This document shows positions 1 through 8,558 of a stretch of DNA of 42,607 nucleotides, one piece after another. Within the stretch, counting starts at the first letter, position 1, and each line of letters starts with the position of its first letter. A program made the position numbers and the translations under genes. Source of the stretch: a bacterium (GTDB lineage: Bacteria > Patescibacteriota > Microgenomatia > Woykebacterales > RBG-16-39-9b); the NCBI GenBank assembly GCA_030690175.1, contig JAUYHE010000006.1:1-42607 (forward strand), given 5' to 3'. Below the pieces are notes generated by a model. That model ran no database searches, was not told the origin of the DNA, and was given only the letters and a program-made list of their open reading frames with translations.

Positions 1-21
1 AATATCTTAAATTAGTTTATC

Positions 22-51
22 TTGACACCTGGCTAGGTATCTCTGTACACT
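22..51 (+). promoter_or_regulatory. Candidate sigma70-type promoter upstream of the pilin-like gene
   Basis: TTGACA at 22-27, 18-nt spacer, TACACT at 46-51. The -10 element is weak. Confidence 0.3.
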
Positions 52-68
52 AAATATAAGGAAACTCT

Positions 69-884
69 ATGATCCTGCCTGAAAATAGTAAAAAACCTCT
101 GAAAAGTGCCCGTGGGCAAGTGCTCATTTTGTTTCTCCTCGTCCTAGTATTGGGATTGGCAATCGTGGTTTCGGTCGCCTCGAGGACCGTGACTGATATT
201 CGGATCACGACGACCAGTGACGAGAGCAATCGGGCCTATTTTGCGGCTGAAGCCGGAATAGAAGAAGCTTTGAAACAATTACAACTTTCTGGTAGTTTTG
301 CTAGTCCTGTAGAGTTGGACTTCACTAGTTTAAACAACACCACGGCAACAGTTACATCCTCTTCGACTCCAGTATCCGAATACGCTTTCCCTAGTGTAGT
401 AGATAAAGACGACGTAGCCCAATTTTTGTTGAGCGGCTGGACTGGAAGCGCCATTAATATCTGGTGGCAGGAAGATGCTTCTGTCGAAGTCTCGCTTGTT
501 TACCAAAACGGTGCTGCCTACGAAATAGATAAATCCGCCTACGACTCAACAAAATCACCACCAACACCTGGTTTTAGTCCTTCAACGGCAAGCTCAAAAA
601 CTATTGGCACTTTTACCTTTAATCGTTACGAGACTTTTGCTATTGTATCAAGTACTCCACTGCTTCTTCGGGTGAGGACTTTGTATGCAGACAGTGCAAT
701 AGGAATTGAAAAAGCTAACGCGGGCGATCCTGACCTTCCCGGCCAAACCCAGATCGTGGAATCAACTGGAAAAACGGTTTCTGGTGTAACTAGGAAACTG
801 CAAGCTATACGTACCTTTCCCGCCTTATCGAGTCTTTTTGACTACGTCCTATTCAACGGTGGTAGCAGTGCTTTGAGTAAATAA
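69..884 (+). CDS. Pilus-associated pseudopilin-like protein (PilX N-terminal-domain type)
   Basis: 271-aa ORF. A basic N-terminus is followed by one long hydrophobic helix (RGQVLILFLLVLVLGLAIVVSVA) and then NRAYFAAEAGIEEAL, the PilX_N pattern. It lies directly upstream of pilMNO. Confidence 0.5.
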   Translation: MILPENSKKPLKSARGQVLILFLLVLVLGLAIVVSVASRTVTDIRITTTSDESNRAYFAAEAGIEEALKQLQLSGSFASPVELDFTSLNNTTATVTSSSTPVSEYAFPSVVDKDDVAQFLLSGWTGSAINIWWQEDASVEVSLVYQNGAAYEIDKSAYDSTKSPPTPGFSPSTASSKTIGTFTFNRYETFAIVSSTPLLLRVRTLYADSAIGIEKANAGDPDLPGQTQIVESTGKTVSGVTRKLQAIRTFPALSSLFDYVLFNGGSSALSK

Positions 885-984
885 TTAAGGCTAGACTTTC
901 CTTAGCAAATGACATTAAAAATAAGTATCCTAGGGTCTTGTCAGTGACCCTGGCCTTTGTTACTATAATTAAAGAGGGTTTATT

Positions 985-2031
985 ATGCCTGCCCTAAACC
1001 ATATTGGATTGGATATTGGTAGCCACAGTATAAAAGCAGTCCAACTTACCGGCGCGTTTGAGGCGCCTACGTTTGTCGCCGCCGGTCAGATTGATACTCC
1101 ACCTCAAGCTTTTACCCAACCAGGAGACGTAGATAGTGACGAATCTATTGAAGCTGTCGCGGGCGCAATCAAGCTACTTCATAAAGAAGCACATTTTAGC
1201 ACTGATAAAGTGGTAACTTCTCTGCCAGAATCACAAATATTCACGCGTGTAGTAGAACTACCTTCTCTAAAACAATCAGAGATAAAAAACGCTATCAGTT
1301 GGGAAGCCGAACAATACGTTCCGGTACCGATGACTGAGGTAAAACTTGATTGGCAGGTGTTGGGAAATTCTACTACCAGTGGTAAAGTAGAGGTATTATT
1401 GGTAGCCGCTCCCATTAACTTGATTTCGCGCTACTTAAAGATTTTAAAAGCGGCTAATCTCACTCCCCTTAGTCTCGAAACGGAAATAATTTCGGTGGTC
1501 CGCTCCCTTGTCCAAAGAATTGAAGGCGCGCCCACCACGATGGTGGTTAGTATCGGAGCCTCAACTACCGATCTAAGTATTGTCAGTACCGGCCGGATTA
1601 GTTTTACCCGATCGATTGCGACTGGCGGCCACGCCCTGGCTCGAGGGGTGGCTCAGGAGCTAGGTTTTGAACTTGATCAAGCCACCGAATACATGAAAAC
1701 TTACGGTTTGGATCCAAATTCTCTAGAAGGTAAGGTAATGCAGGCGATCAAGCCGATATTTGACGTTATTGTTAATGAGATACGTCGTGTTCTGGCTTAT
1801 TACGCGTCCAAACACCCCAATATACCGGTAAAAAGAGTGGTGATGACCGGCGGTGCGGCCAAATTGCCGGGTTTAGTAGTATATTTAGCGGAAAGTTTGG
1901 GAATCGAAGTCCAAATTGGTAATCCCTGGGAAGGAATTTCTTTACCAAGCCACGCCCAAAATAAATTGATTGAAGAAGCTACTTCTTACGCGGTAGCGGT
2001 TGGTTTAGCTTTGAAACAAGGCGGAGGTTAA
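985..2031 (+). CDS. pilM: Type IV pilus assembly ATPase-fold protein PilM
   Basis: 348 aa with actin-like fold motifs (IGLDIGSHSIKAV, VVSIGASTTDLSIV, MTGGAAKLPGL). AGAGGG lies upstream of the ATG. Confidence 0.85.
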   Translation: MPALNHIGLDIGSHSIKAVQLTGAFEAPTFVAAGQIDTPPQAFTQPGDVDSDESIEAVAGAIKLLHKEAHFSTDKVVTSLPESQIFTRVVELPSLKQSEIKNAISWEAEQYVPVPMTEVKLDWQVLGNSTTSGKVEVLLVAAPINLISRYLKILKAANLTPLSLETEIISVVRSLVQRIEGAPTTMVVSIGASTTDLSIVSTGRISFTRSIATGGHALARGVAQELGFELDQATEYMKTYGLDPNSLEGKVMQAIKPIFDVIVNEIRRVLAYYASKHPNIPVKRVVMTGGAAKLPGLVVYLAESLGIEVQIGNPWEGISLPSHAQNKLIEEATSYAVAVGLALKQGGG

Positions 2032-2032
2032 T

Positions 2033-2614
2033 ATGGCTGAAGACATTAATTTATTGCCAGAAGTTACCGAAGAACAAGTCAAAAAAGCGGGCGGACGACG
2101 CAACGTGAACGTAGCCGCCATCTCTTCGTTGTTAATTGTAGCGGCCATACTGCTTTCTTTATTTGGTTACGAGTTATTTTTATCAAGTAGTGCCAAACGG
2201 ATCGAGTCGCAAACAAAAGCGGCGGAAGAAAATATCGTTTCTCAAAGCCGTAAGGAAATTACGCACCGCCTGCTAGTAGGAAAAATTGAAGCAGCAAGCC
2301 AGTTTTTAGCAAGCGAGCTACCCTATTCCGAGGGGTACAGCCAGCTGATCGAGATTATTAAAAAGAGCGGTTGTGTCCTGACCGAATCTACGTTTAAAAG
2401 TGATGGAGCGTTAACTATCATTGGTGAAGCTAAGACCTCAAGTAATCTTGAGACACTAATTAATCAGTTGACGGGCAAGGAGGCTGCGAAAATATTTGAT
2501 AATGCGAGACTTGTTGATTTGGTTTGGGATAATAAAAATAACTTTTATAAATTTACGATCGACGTAAAATTTTTAAAAAAAGGGATAAAGCCCCAGATCA
2601 GTAGTAATAAGTAA
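2033..2614 (+). CDS. pilN: Type IV pilus assembly protein PilN
   Basis: 193 aa with an N-terminal INLLP motif and a single TM helix. It starts 1 nt after the pilM stop. Confidence 0.65.
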   Translation: MAEDINLLPEVTEEQVKKAGGRRNVNVAAISSLLIVAAILLSLFGYELFLSSSAKRIESQTKAAEENIVSQSRKEITHRLLVGKIEAASQFLASELPYSEGYSQLIEIIKKSGCVLTESTFKSDGALTIIGEAKTSSNLETLINQLTGKEAAKIFDNARLVDLVWDNKNNFYKFTIDVKFLKKGIKPQISSNK

Positions 2615-2619
2615 GAATC

Positions 2620-3360
2620 ATGAAAAATACAAACCTATCACCAATAAAAATCTACATCGTCCCAGTTTTGGTACTTGTTACCACGGTGCTATTGGTACCG
2701 TTGGTTTTCATGCCTCAACTAGCAAGAATAAAGGACAAAAATTTGACCGTAAAACGCGGCAATGATCGACTAACTGCTTTGAACAATAAGATACGCGCCT
2801 TAGGAGCAATAGATGAAAACGAAGAAAGCCTAAAATTAATTGAAATGGAAAATGTGGTACCCTCTGAAAAAAATCTTGATCAACTAATAGTAGGCGTAAG
2901 GAATCTGGCTGCCCAATCTGATCTTAAAGTAATCGAGTTCAAACTGAAACCGGGAAAGGTCGCCACTTCGTCTGCAACAGGTGCAGCCACTAAAAAATCT
3001 AAAACAACCACACCCACAGCGAAAAAGCAGGAAGAAAAGGATAAAACTACCTTCACCTTATCCCTTAATGGCGAACTCGCAAATATAAATAAATTTTTAG
3101 ACCAGATCGAAAAAGTAAAAAGACTACTGGGTATAAACGTAATAACAACTAAAAGAGAAACAAGTGGTACCTATCTTTTTGATTTTGAGGTATTTACTCC
3201 TTTCAAGGGAGTAAAAAGCCAGGGCGATGTGGTAGCCGCCTCCCTACCCTCTTTAACAACCGAACACTTGGGTATATACAATTTCGTTGTCAAATTGGAA
3301 AATTATACAAACGTTTCAATTCCTTTGGTGCCAAAAGGGGTAACCGACCCGTTTAAATAG
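2620..3360 (+). CDS. pilO: Type IV pilus assembly protein PilO-like
   Basis: 246 aa with an N-terminal TM helix, then a coiled-coil-like segment. The call rests on position after pilN and on architecture only. Confidence 0.5.
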   Translation: MKNTNLSPIKIYIVPVLVLVTTVLLVPLVFMPQLARIKDKNLTVKRGNDRLTALNNKIRALGAIDENEESLKLIEMENVVPSEKNLDQLIVGVRNLAAQSDLKVIEFKLKPGKVATSSATGAATKKSKTTTPTAKKQEEKDKTTFTLSLNGELANINKFLDQIEKVKRLLGINVITTKRETSGTYLFDFEVFTPFKGVKSQGDVVAASLPSLTTEHLGIYNFVVKLENYTNVSIPLVPKGVTDPFK

Positions 3361-3416
3361 CATCCTTCGGATGCTGCGTTAACACTAAGTTCGCTTCATA
3401 CCTCCCCCGCTAAGCT

Positions 3417-3477
3417 GGGTCAGTATTCTCGCGTGCTGTGACCACTTCGTCCAGCTGAGCTGGACTTCGTGGGCTAA
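3417..3477 (+). repeat. Copy Y of a recurrent post-stop-codon motif (expanded-hairpin version)
   Basis: GGGTCAGTATTCTCGCGTGCTGTGACCACTTCGT[CCAGCTGAGCTGGACTTCGT]GGGCTAA. It shares the blocks CGCGTGCTG, ACCACTTCGT and GGnCTAA with the minus strand of 35531-35572. The hairpin CCAC...GTGG spans 3442-3472. Confidence 0.55.
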
Positions 3478-3486
3478 ATCATCTGT

Positions 3487-4239
3487 TCACCGATCTCTGC
3501 TTTTTGATCGCTGAAGGAGGTCAGGTCGGATTTTGCGGGTTTTTTCCACCCTCTTTTCCATTCTCCAATTTTCAATTGCCCCGTGGTTTCCAGACAAGAG
3601 TATTTTAGGCGCCTGGCGCCCCTTAAAGCCTTCTGGTCTGGTGTAGACTGGGTAGTCCAGCAATCGGCTCACCTTTCCGTTTAATTTAACCTCGGTGAAA
3701 GATTCAGATAAAGTAGACTCTGCTTCTCCCACAAAACCTGGCAAAAGGCGCGAAACACCTTCGATTACTACCAGGGCAGCCGTTTCCCCACCACTTAAAA
3801 CATAATCGCCGATAGAGATCTGCTCATCAACAAAGAGGTCTTTGAAACGCTCATCTACCCCCTCGTAATGACCGCAAATTAAAATAAACCACCTTTTTTT
3901 ACTAAATACCTCTGCTTTTTCTTGATTGAAGCTCGCGCCCGTTGGGTCTAATAAAATTACTTTGGGTTTAACCCGCAGTCCCCTGGTCCGCCCCTGCGCC
4001 AGAACATTCTTTAAAGCAAGCTCCAATACGTCGGGCTTTAAAACCATACCCGGTCCACCGCCAAAGGGGCGATCATCCACTTGCTTGTGAGTGCCAATCC
4101 CAAATTGTCTTATGTCGTGGACGGTCACGTGGATTAATTTGTTTTTAATTGCCTTGGAAACTAGACTGGTACGTAGTGGGCTGTGGAAAAAATTAGGAAA
4201 TAAGGTCAGGATATCAAAATATAATTTAGGTCGGCTCAT
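3487..4239 (-). CDS. trmD: tRNA (guanine37-N1)-methyltransferase TrmD
   Basis: 250 aa with TrmD motifs GGGPGMVLKP, CGHYEGVDER and SIGDYVLSGGE. Confidence 0.95.
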   Translation of the reverse strand: MSRPKLYFDILTLFPNFFHSPLRTSLVSKAIKNKLIHVTVHDIRQFGIGTHKQVDDRPFGGGPGMVLKPDVLELALKNVLAQGRTRGLRVKPKVILLDPTGASFNQEKAEVFSKKRWFILICGHYEGVDERFKDLFVDEQISIGDYVLSGGETAALVVIEGVSRLLPGFVGEAESTLSESFTEVKLNGKVSRLLDYPVYTRPEGFKGRQAPKILLSGNHGAIENWRMEKRVEKTRKIRPDLLQRSKSRDR

Positions 4240-4480
4240 CAGTTTTATTTTCTTCTAGTAAGTTCAAATAGACCCTTTTGCCTTCCTTGATTGCCTTTAT
4301 CTTCAATAAAGTGCGGATTGCCTTTATTATTCGTCCGGATTTACCAATTATCCTTCCCATATCCTCACTGGCAACAGACAGTGAAATTGTTTGTTGAGGC
4401 CCGTCAGCCTCTTTTTTGACTTTCACCTTCTTGGGGTCAGAAACGATGTTTTTGACTATAAATTCAACCAGCTCTTTCAT
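4226..4480 (-). CDS. KH-domain RNA-binding protein (YlqC/UPF0109 type)
   Basis: 84 aa with the GRIIGKSGRIIKAIRTLL KH motif. It overlaps both rpsP and trmD, as in rpsP operons. Confidence 0.8.
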   Translation of the reverse strand: MKELVEFIVKNIVSDPKKVKVKKEADGPQQTISLSVASEDMGRIIGKSGRIIKAIRTLLKIKAIKEGKRVYLNLLEENKTDEPT

Positions 4481-4706
4481 ACCTTTTGACTAAATCAAAG
4501 ACCGTCTTGGTAGGTTGAGCACCTACCCCCAGCCAGTAACGATAGCGCTCTGTATTTACAACTACTTTAGCCGGATCAACATTAGGGTTGTATTGACCGA
4601 TGATCTCGATATAGCGACCGTCTCTTTTTGCTTGCTTGCTAGTGACCACGATACGGTACTTTGGTTGCTTTTTTGCTCCGGTTCTCATTAATCTTACTTT
4701 TACCAT
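4464..4706 (-). CDS. rpsP: 30S ribosomal protein S16
   Basis: 80 aa starting MVKVRLMRTGAKKQPKYRIVV, the typical S16 N-terminus. Confidence 0.95.
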   Translation of the reverse strand: MVKVRLMRTGAKKQPKYRIVVTSKQAKRDGRYIEIIGQYNPNVDPAKVVVNTERYRYWLGVGAQPTKTVFDLVKRYERAG

Positions 4707-4718
4707 AATTGAGTGTGT

Positions 4719-4747
4719 ATTCTAATTTGTTTACGACCAATTTTCAA
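4719..4747 (-). promoter_or_regulatory. Promoter of the rpsP operon
   Basis: Minus strand: TTGAAA (4747-4742), 17 nt, TAGAAT (4724-4719). There are 12 nt to the rpsP ATG and no SD. Confidence 0.55.
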
Positions 4748-5444
4748 GCGCGATCTTTGCTGCTTCTTGTTCTGCCAACTGTTTACTATTACCCGCTCCG
4801 ACGGCTGCCCTTTTTTTACCCAGGAAAACAGCGGTTTTAAACATCTTAGCGTGGTCGGGGCCGGTTTCCTCTAGGACCCTGTAGAGGGGCGTTACATTAA
4901 GAACCTCTTGCGACTTTTCCTGAAGAAGACTTTTGTAGTCTTTGTAAAGCTTTTTTTCAATTATTTCGGGAAGATAAATAAGAAGGTTTTTTTTTACAAA
5001 ATCGGTTACTTTTTGGGAGCCCAGATCTAGATAAATAGCTCCGATTAGAGCCTCAAATGTGTTGGCTAGGATATATTGTCTTTGACGGCCGCCGGTAGCT
5101 TCTTCGCCCCTGGAAAGATACAAATAAGCGCCTAGTTCCAGAACCGAAGCTGCCTTTGAAAGCATTCGGGCGTTTACTAAAGATGATCGAAAATTGGTCA
5201 AATCACCCTCGGGATGTCGGGGGTATTTTTTGTAGAGATGCTCTGATACGATTAATCCTAGCACCGCATCACCGAGAAATTCCAGCCTTTCGTTGTGGGG
5301 AGATTTTTCATCAGAATGCTCATTTAGGTAAGATCGATGGATAAATGCCATGCGTAGTAACTTTTTGTCTGTAAAATTTAAATTCAGTTTTTGCTCTAAC
5401 TTATTTAAAGTATTATCCATAGATCGCTTCGCGCTCTGTGTCAC
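4731..5444 (-). CDS. rnc: Ribonuclease III
   Basis: 237 aa with the RNase III signature NERLEFLGDAV and a C-terminal dsRBD (GPDHAKMF...AEQEAAKIAL). Confidence 0.95.
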   Translation of the reverse strand: MTQSAKRSMDNTLNKLEQKLNLNFTDKKLLRMAFIHRSYLNEHSDEKSPHNERLEFLGDAVLGLIVSEHLYKKYPRHPEGDLTNFRSSLVNARMLSKAASVLELGAYLYLSRGEEATGGRQRQYILANTFEALIGAIYLDLGSQKVTDFVKKNLLIYLPEIIEKKLYKDYKSLLQEKSQEVLNVTPLYRVLEETGPDHAKMFKTAVFLGKKRAAVGAGNSKQLAEQEAAKIALENWS

Positions 5445-5465
5445 TTCGTTCCTAAAAGTCTTCGG

Positions 5466-5708
5466 CTAACCAATTTGATCTTCAATGAGGTTTAATATAT
5501 CACCGACAGTCTGTAATTTGGGGGATTGTTCTTGGTTGATAGTAATTCCAAACTCCTTTTCGAGTTTGATGATTAAATCAGCGATGCTTAGAGGATCGGC
5601 GTTTAGGTCCTCTTGCAAGTGTGATTCTTCACTTATTTCTGCTTCAACAACACCTAGTTCCGCTGAAATCAATTTTTTTAATTTTTTAAAAATTTCTTCA
5701 GCCGTCAT
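5466..5708 (-). CDS. Acyl-carrier-protein-like protein lacking the canonical DSL serine
   Basis: 80 aa with the ACP four-helix pattern ([24 protein letters not shown]). The canonical D-S-L is D-P-L here (Pro codon CCT at 5594-5592). Confidence 0.75.
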   Translation of the reverse strand: MTAEEIFKKLKKLISAELGVVEAEISEESHLQEDLNADPLSIADLIIKLEKEFGITINQEQSPKLQTVGDILNLIEDQIG

Positions 5709-6169
5709 TTTTCTCCTTTCTTACTGTGTGGAAGCATTTCCTTTACAACCGTACCCAGTACCCCGTTGACAAATTTTGAAGAGTTTTCACCACCATATTC
5801 CTTGGCTAGTTCTACAGCCTCATCAATCGCTACTTTGGTTGGGACATTTTTGGCAATATAAAGTTCGAAAATAGCGATTCTTAATATCTCCAAATCTACC
5901 TTCGCAATTTGTGAAATAGGCCACTCCGGAGCGCACGTCTCGATAATTTTATCGATTGGGTCTAAATTATCGGTAACCCCACGAGAGATAAAAAGAGCCA
6001 ATTCGCCATCAACTTGAAAGCCCTCTTGGTACGTATCATCAAGATGTACGTGCTCTTTTGTGTCTCTCTTTACAATCTCCTCAATATCTACCGAGTTAAA
6101 ACTCCATTCAAAAAGAGATTGAAGAGATGCCACCCGGGCAAGATGGCGAGGGTCTAATTTCTCTTTCAT
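5705..6169 (-). CDS. nusB: Transcription antitermination factor NusB
   Basis: 154 aa with LRIAIFEL...[26 protein letters not shown], typical of NusB. Confidence 0.85.
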   Translation of the reverse strand: MKEKLDPRHLARVASLQSLFEWSFNSVDIEEIVKRDTKEHVHLDDTYQEGFQVDGELALFISRGVTDNLDPIDKIIETCAPEWPISQIAKVDLEILRIAIFELYIAKNVPTKVAIDEAVELAKEYGGENSSKFVNGVLGTVVKEMLPHSKKGEK

Positions 6170-6384
6170 TGCTCTTCCTTTTTTACTTTAGTTACCTTTG
6201 CCTTTTGTTTTGGAGCGATTACCAAGTTTTCTTTATAATAACCACAATTTAGACAGGCACGGTGACCCATCCGAGGATTACCGCATTTTGGGCAAGTTGA
6301 TAACCTGATGGGAGAATATCGTTTACTTGCTCGTCTTTTACCACTTCTAGCTCTTGATATTTTTCTTTTAGGTAATGCTGCCAT
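6166..6384 (-). CDS. rpmF: 50S ribosomal protein L32
   Basis: 72 aa with [19 protein letters not shown] and a CxxC...CxxC zinc ribbon. Confidence 0.9.
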   Translation of the reverse strand: MAALPKRKISRARSGKRRASKRYSPIRLSTCPKCGNPRMGHRACLNCGYYKENLVIAPKQKAKVTKVKKEEQ

Positions 6385-6395
6385 ACGATTGGATT

Positions 6396-6424
6396 ATTAT
6401 AAGGGCGCTGCCTCGCAGTGTCAA
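6396..6424 (-). promoter_or_regulatory. Consensus promoter of the rpmF-nusB-ACP-rnc unit
   Basis: Minus strand: TTGACA (6424-6419), 17 nt, TATAAT (6401-6396). There are 11 nt to the rpmF ATG and no SD. The -35 starts 3 nt after the recG stop. Confidence 0.7.
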
Positions 6425-6427
6425 TTT

Positions 6428-8443
6428 TTAATCAGGCGTTACAAGAGGCTGCTTTTCCAATCCCTTTCTCAGACTTTTAGTGAAATTAACTTTTTGTTGG
6501 TTAAAAACTAAATTAGCTTCATTTCTGGCGGCGTTGATTAAAGGAAGGTCGGTTAACTCGGCAATTTTAAAGCTAGGTATTCCTGATTGGGCGGTGCCAA
6601 ATATATGTCCGGGACCGCGCATTTTTAAGTCTATCTTCGCTAGTTTCAGACCTAGGTGGTGTTTCTCCAATGAAGAAAGCCTTTCGATCACGTTTTCGGT
6701 ACTGCTTTCAGTAAAAAGCAAACAATACGCCTGCTGGTCACTTCGACCGACGCGACCGCGTAGTTGATGTAGAGACGCTAAGCCAAAGCGTTCTGCCGCC
6801 TCGATCATCATTACGGTGGCGTTTGGAACGTCAATTCCCACTTCGACAACTGGCGTGGCTACTAAAATATTCAGGTTGTTGTCTCTAAAATTTTCCAGGA
6901 CGATCTCCTTTTCGGAATGTTTCATTTTACCGTGCAGCAAGCCAAGTTTTAGATCTGGAAACACCTCTGTTTTAAGGTGACTATATTCTTCCTTGGCTGC
7001 TTTGGCTGTACTTAGCGTTTCCGAAGGTTCAATAATTGGGCAGATAATAAAGGCTTGCCTTTTTTCTAAAATTTTATTTCTCAAAAATTGATATGCTCTA
7101 TTTCTTTTCTCTGGTGGAACAACAAAAGTTTTTATCTTTTTTCTTCCTTGCGGTAGTTCGTCTAGGGTTGAGATATCCAGATCTCCAAATATTACTAAAG
7201 CGAGACTACGTGGTATTGGTGTTGCTGTCATTGTAAGCACGTGGGCCCTTTTTGCTTTGGTACGGAGCAGGGCTCTTTGCTCAACTCCAAAACGGTGTTG
7301 TTCATCGATAATGACCAGCGCCAGATTATCGAAAGTCACATTTTTGGATAAAATCGCGTGGGTGCCGACGATTATATCAAACGGCCCCCTCTTCTTACTA
7401 CTTGATGTTCGAATAGAAAGTTTTACACCCAAAGGAGAAAGGATACTAGTTAGGGTTTTGAGATGCTGCGCAGCAAGGATTTCTGTCGGCGCCATAAAAG
7501 CAGTCTGATAACCGTTGAGGTAAGCAACGTAGGCAGCAATAGCGGCAACCACTGTTTTACCACTGCCAACATCGCCCTGTAGAAGACGGTTCATAGATTT
7601 CCCAGCCGATAAATCGGCTAAAATTTCCTTTATAACTTTGTTTTGAGAAGAGGTAAGGTTGAACGGAAGGTTCGAAATAAGGGTGAGAATCTTTTCCTGA
7701 TGGATATTTAACGGCCTCGCTTTCACTAGTTTCTCCCAGGACGCCTTTCTCTCTATGGCCTGCAAACTAGTTATGAAGATTTCCTCAAATGCCAGGCGTC
7801 TTCGAGCTTGTTTGACTTGTTCTTCACTGTTTGGAAAATGAATTTGCCACAAAGCTTGCCTCTTTGTAATAAGGCTATTTCTAGATCTCGACTCACTTGA
7901 AAGGGTTTCATCAATTTTACCTACTACCATGGGTAACATTTCCTTTATCTTATTTCTTAACCATTTTGATGAAAGCCGGCTTGTTTCTGGATAAATAGGC
8001 ACCAGGCCTTTAGTGTGAAAACCACCTTTTGTACCGGGCTTGTTGAGTAATTCATAATCGGGATTAATTAACGTGGGCTTGTGAGAGAAATAATCAATCT
8101 TTCCAGCTAAGCCAATTTTAGCACCAGGAGTAACTGTTTTTACTAAAAATGGCTGGTTAAACCAAACAGCTTCAATACTTGCTGTTCCATCATTTATTGT
8201 CGCGAAGGTGAGGTTTTTACCATACCTAGTCCGAATATTTTGGATCTGCTCTACTTTTCCGGCTGTAGATACTCTCTCCCCTACTTTTAACGCGTTTATT
8301 TTTACGGGAGTGCCTAAATTCTCGTAACGAAAAGGATAGTGATGAACCAAATCTTCGACAGTCTCTATTTTTAATTTCTTTAGTCGGCTAGTGTGAAAAC
8401 TACCTACTTTTGGGATTTGTCCAATTGGAGTGTTTAGATTCAT
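6428..8443 (-). CDS. recG: ATP-dependent DNA helicase RecG
   Basis: 671 aa with an N-terminal OB wedge region and helicase motifs GDVGSGKT, DEQHRFG and TATPIPR. Confidence 0.95.
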   Translation of the reverse strand: MNLNTPIGQIPKVGSFHTSRLKKLKIETVEDLVHHYPFRYENLGTPVKINALKVGERVSTAGKVEQIQNIRTRYGKNLTFATINDGTASIEAVWFNQPFLVKTVTPGAKIGLAGKIDYFSHKPTLINPDYELLNKPGTKGGFHTKGLVPIYPETSRLSSKWLRNKIKEMLPMVVGKIDETLSSESRSRNSLITKRQALWQIHFPNSEEQVKQARRRLAFEEIFITSLQAIERKASWEKLVKARPLNIHQEKILTLISNLPFNLTSSQNKVIKEILADLSAGKSMNRLLQGDVGSGKTVVAAIAAYVAYLNGYQTAFMAPTEILAAQHLKTLTSILSPLGVKLSIRTSSSKKRGPFDIIVGTHAILSKNVTFDNLALVIIDEQHRFGVEQRALLRTKAKRAHVLTMTATPIPRSLALVIFGDLDISTLDELPQGRKKIKTFVVPPEKRNRAYQFLRNKILEKRQAFIICPIIEPSETLSTAKAAKEEYSHLKTEVFPDLKLGLLHGKMKHSEKEIVLENFRDNNLNILVATPVVEVGIDVPNATVMMIEAAERFGLASLHQLRGRVGRSDQQAYCLLFTESSTENVIERLSSLEKHHLGLKLAKIDLKMRGPGHIFGTAQSGIPSFKIAELTDLPLINAARNEANLVFNQQKVNFTKSLRKGLEKQPLVTPD

Positions 8444-8449
8444 TACTCA

Positions 8450-8557
8450 TTAGCTCGCGCCCAGGGGGATGTACAAAAATGGCAACACGATTAATCCAGC
8501 GATTATGATGATGGTGATTACTACCCAGATCCACTTATTTTTTCTAATAAAATTCAT
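8450..8557 (-). CDS. Candidate 35-aa single-TM micro-protein
   Basis: MNFIRKNKWIWVVITIIIIAGLIVLPFLYIPLGAS. The ATG is 1 nt after the tyrS stop, and its stop is 6 nt before the recG ATG. This ORF is not in the supplied track. Confidence 0.3.
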   Translation of the reverse strand: MNFIRKNKWIWVVITIIIIAGLIVLPFLYIPLGAS

Positions 8558-8558
8558 A

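Noticed and set aside
3361-3373. The CATCC-TTC-GGATG hairpin right after the pilO stop, read as an intrinsic terminator.
   Set aside because: The stem is only 5 bp with a 3-nt loop and no following U-tract. It was noted but not called. A similar ATCC-TTTC-GGAT hairpin occurs inside the GC-rich islet at 21700-21712.
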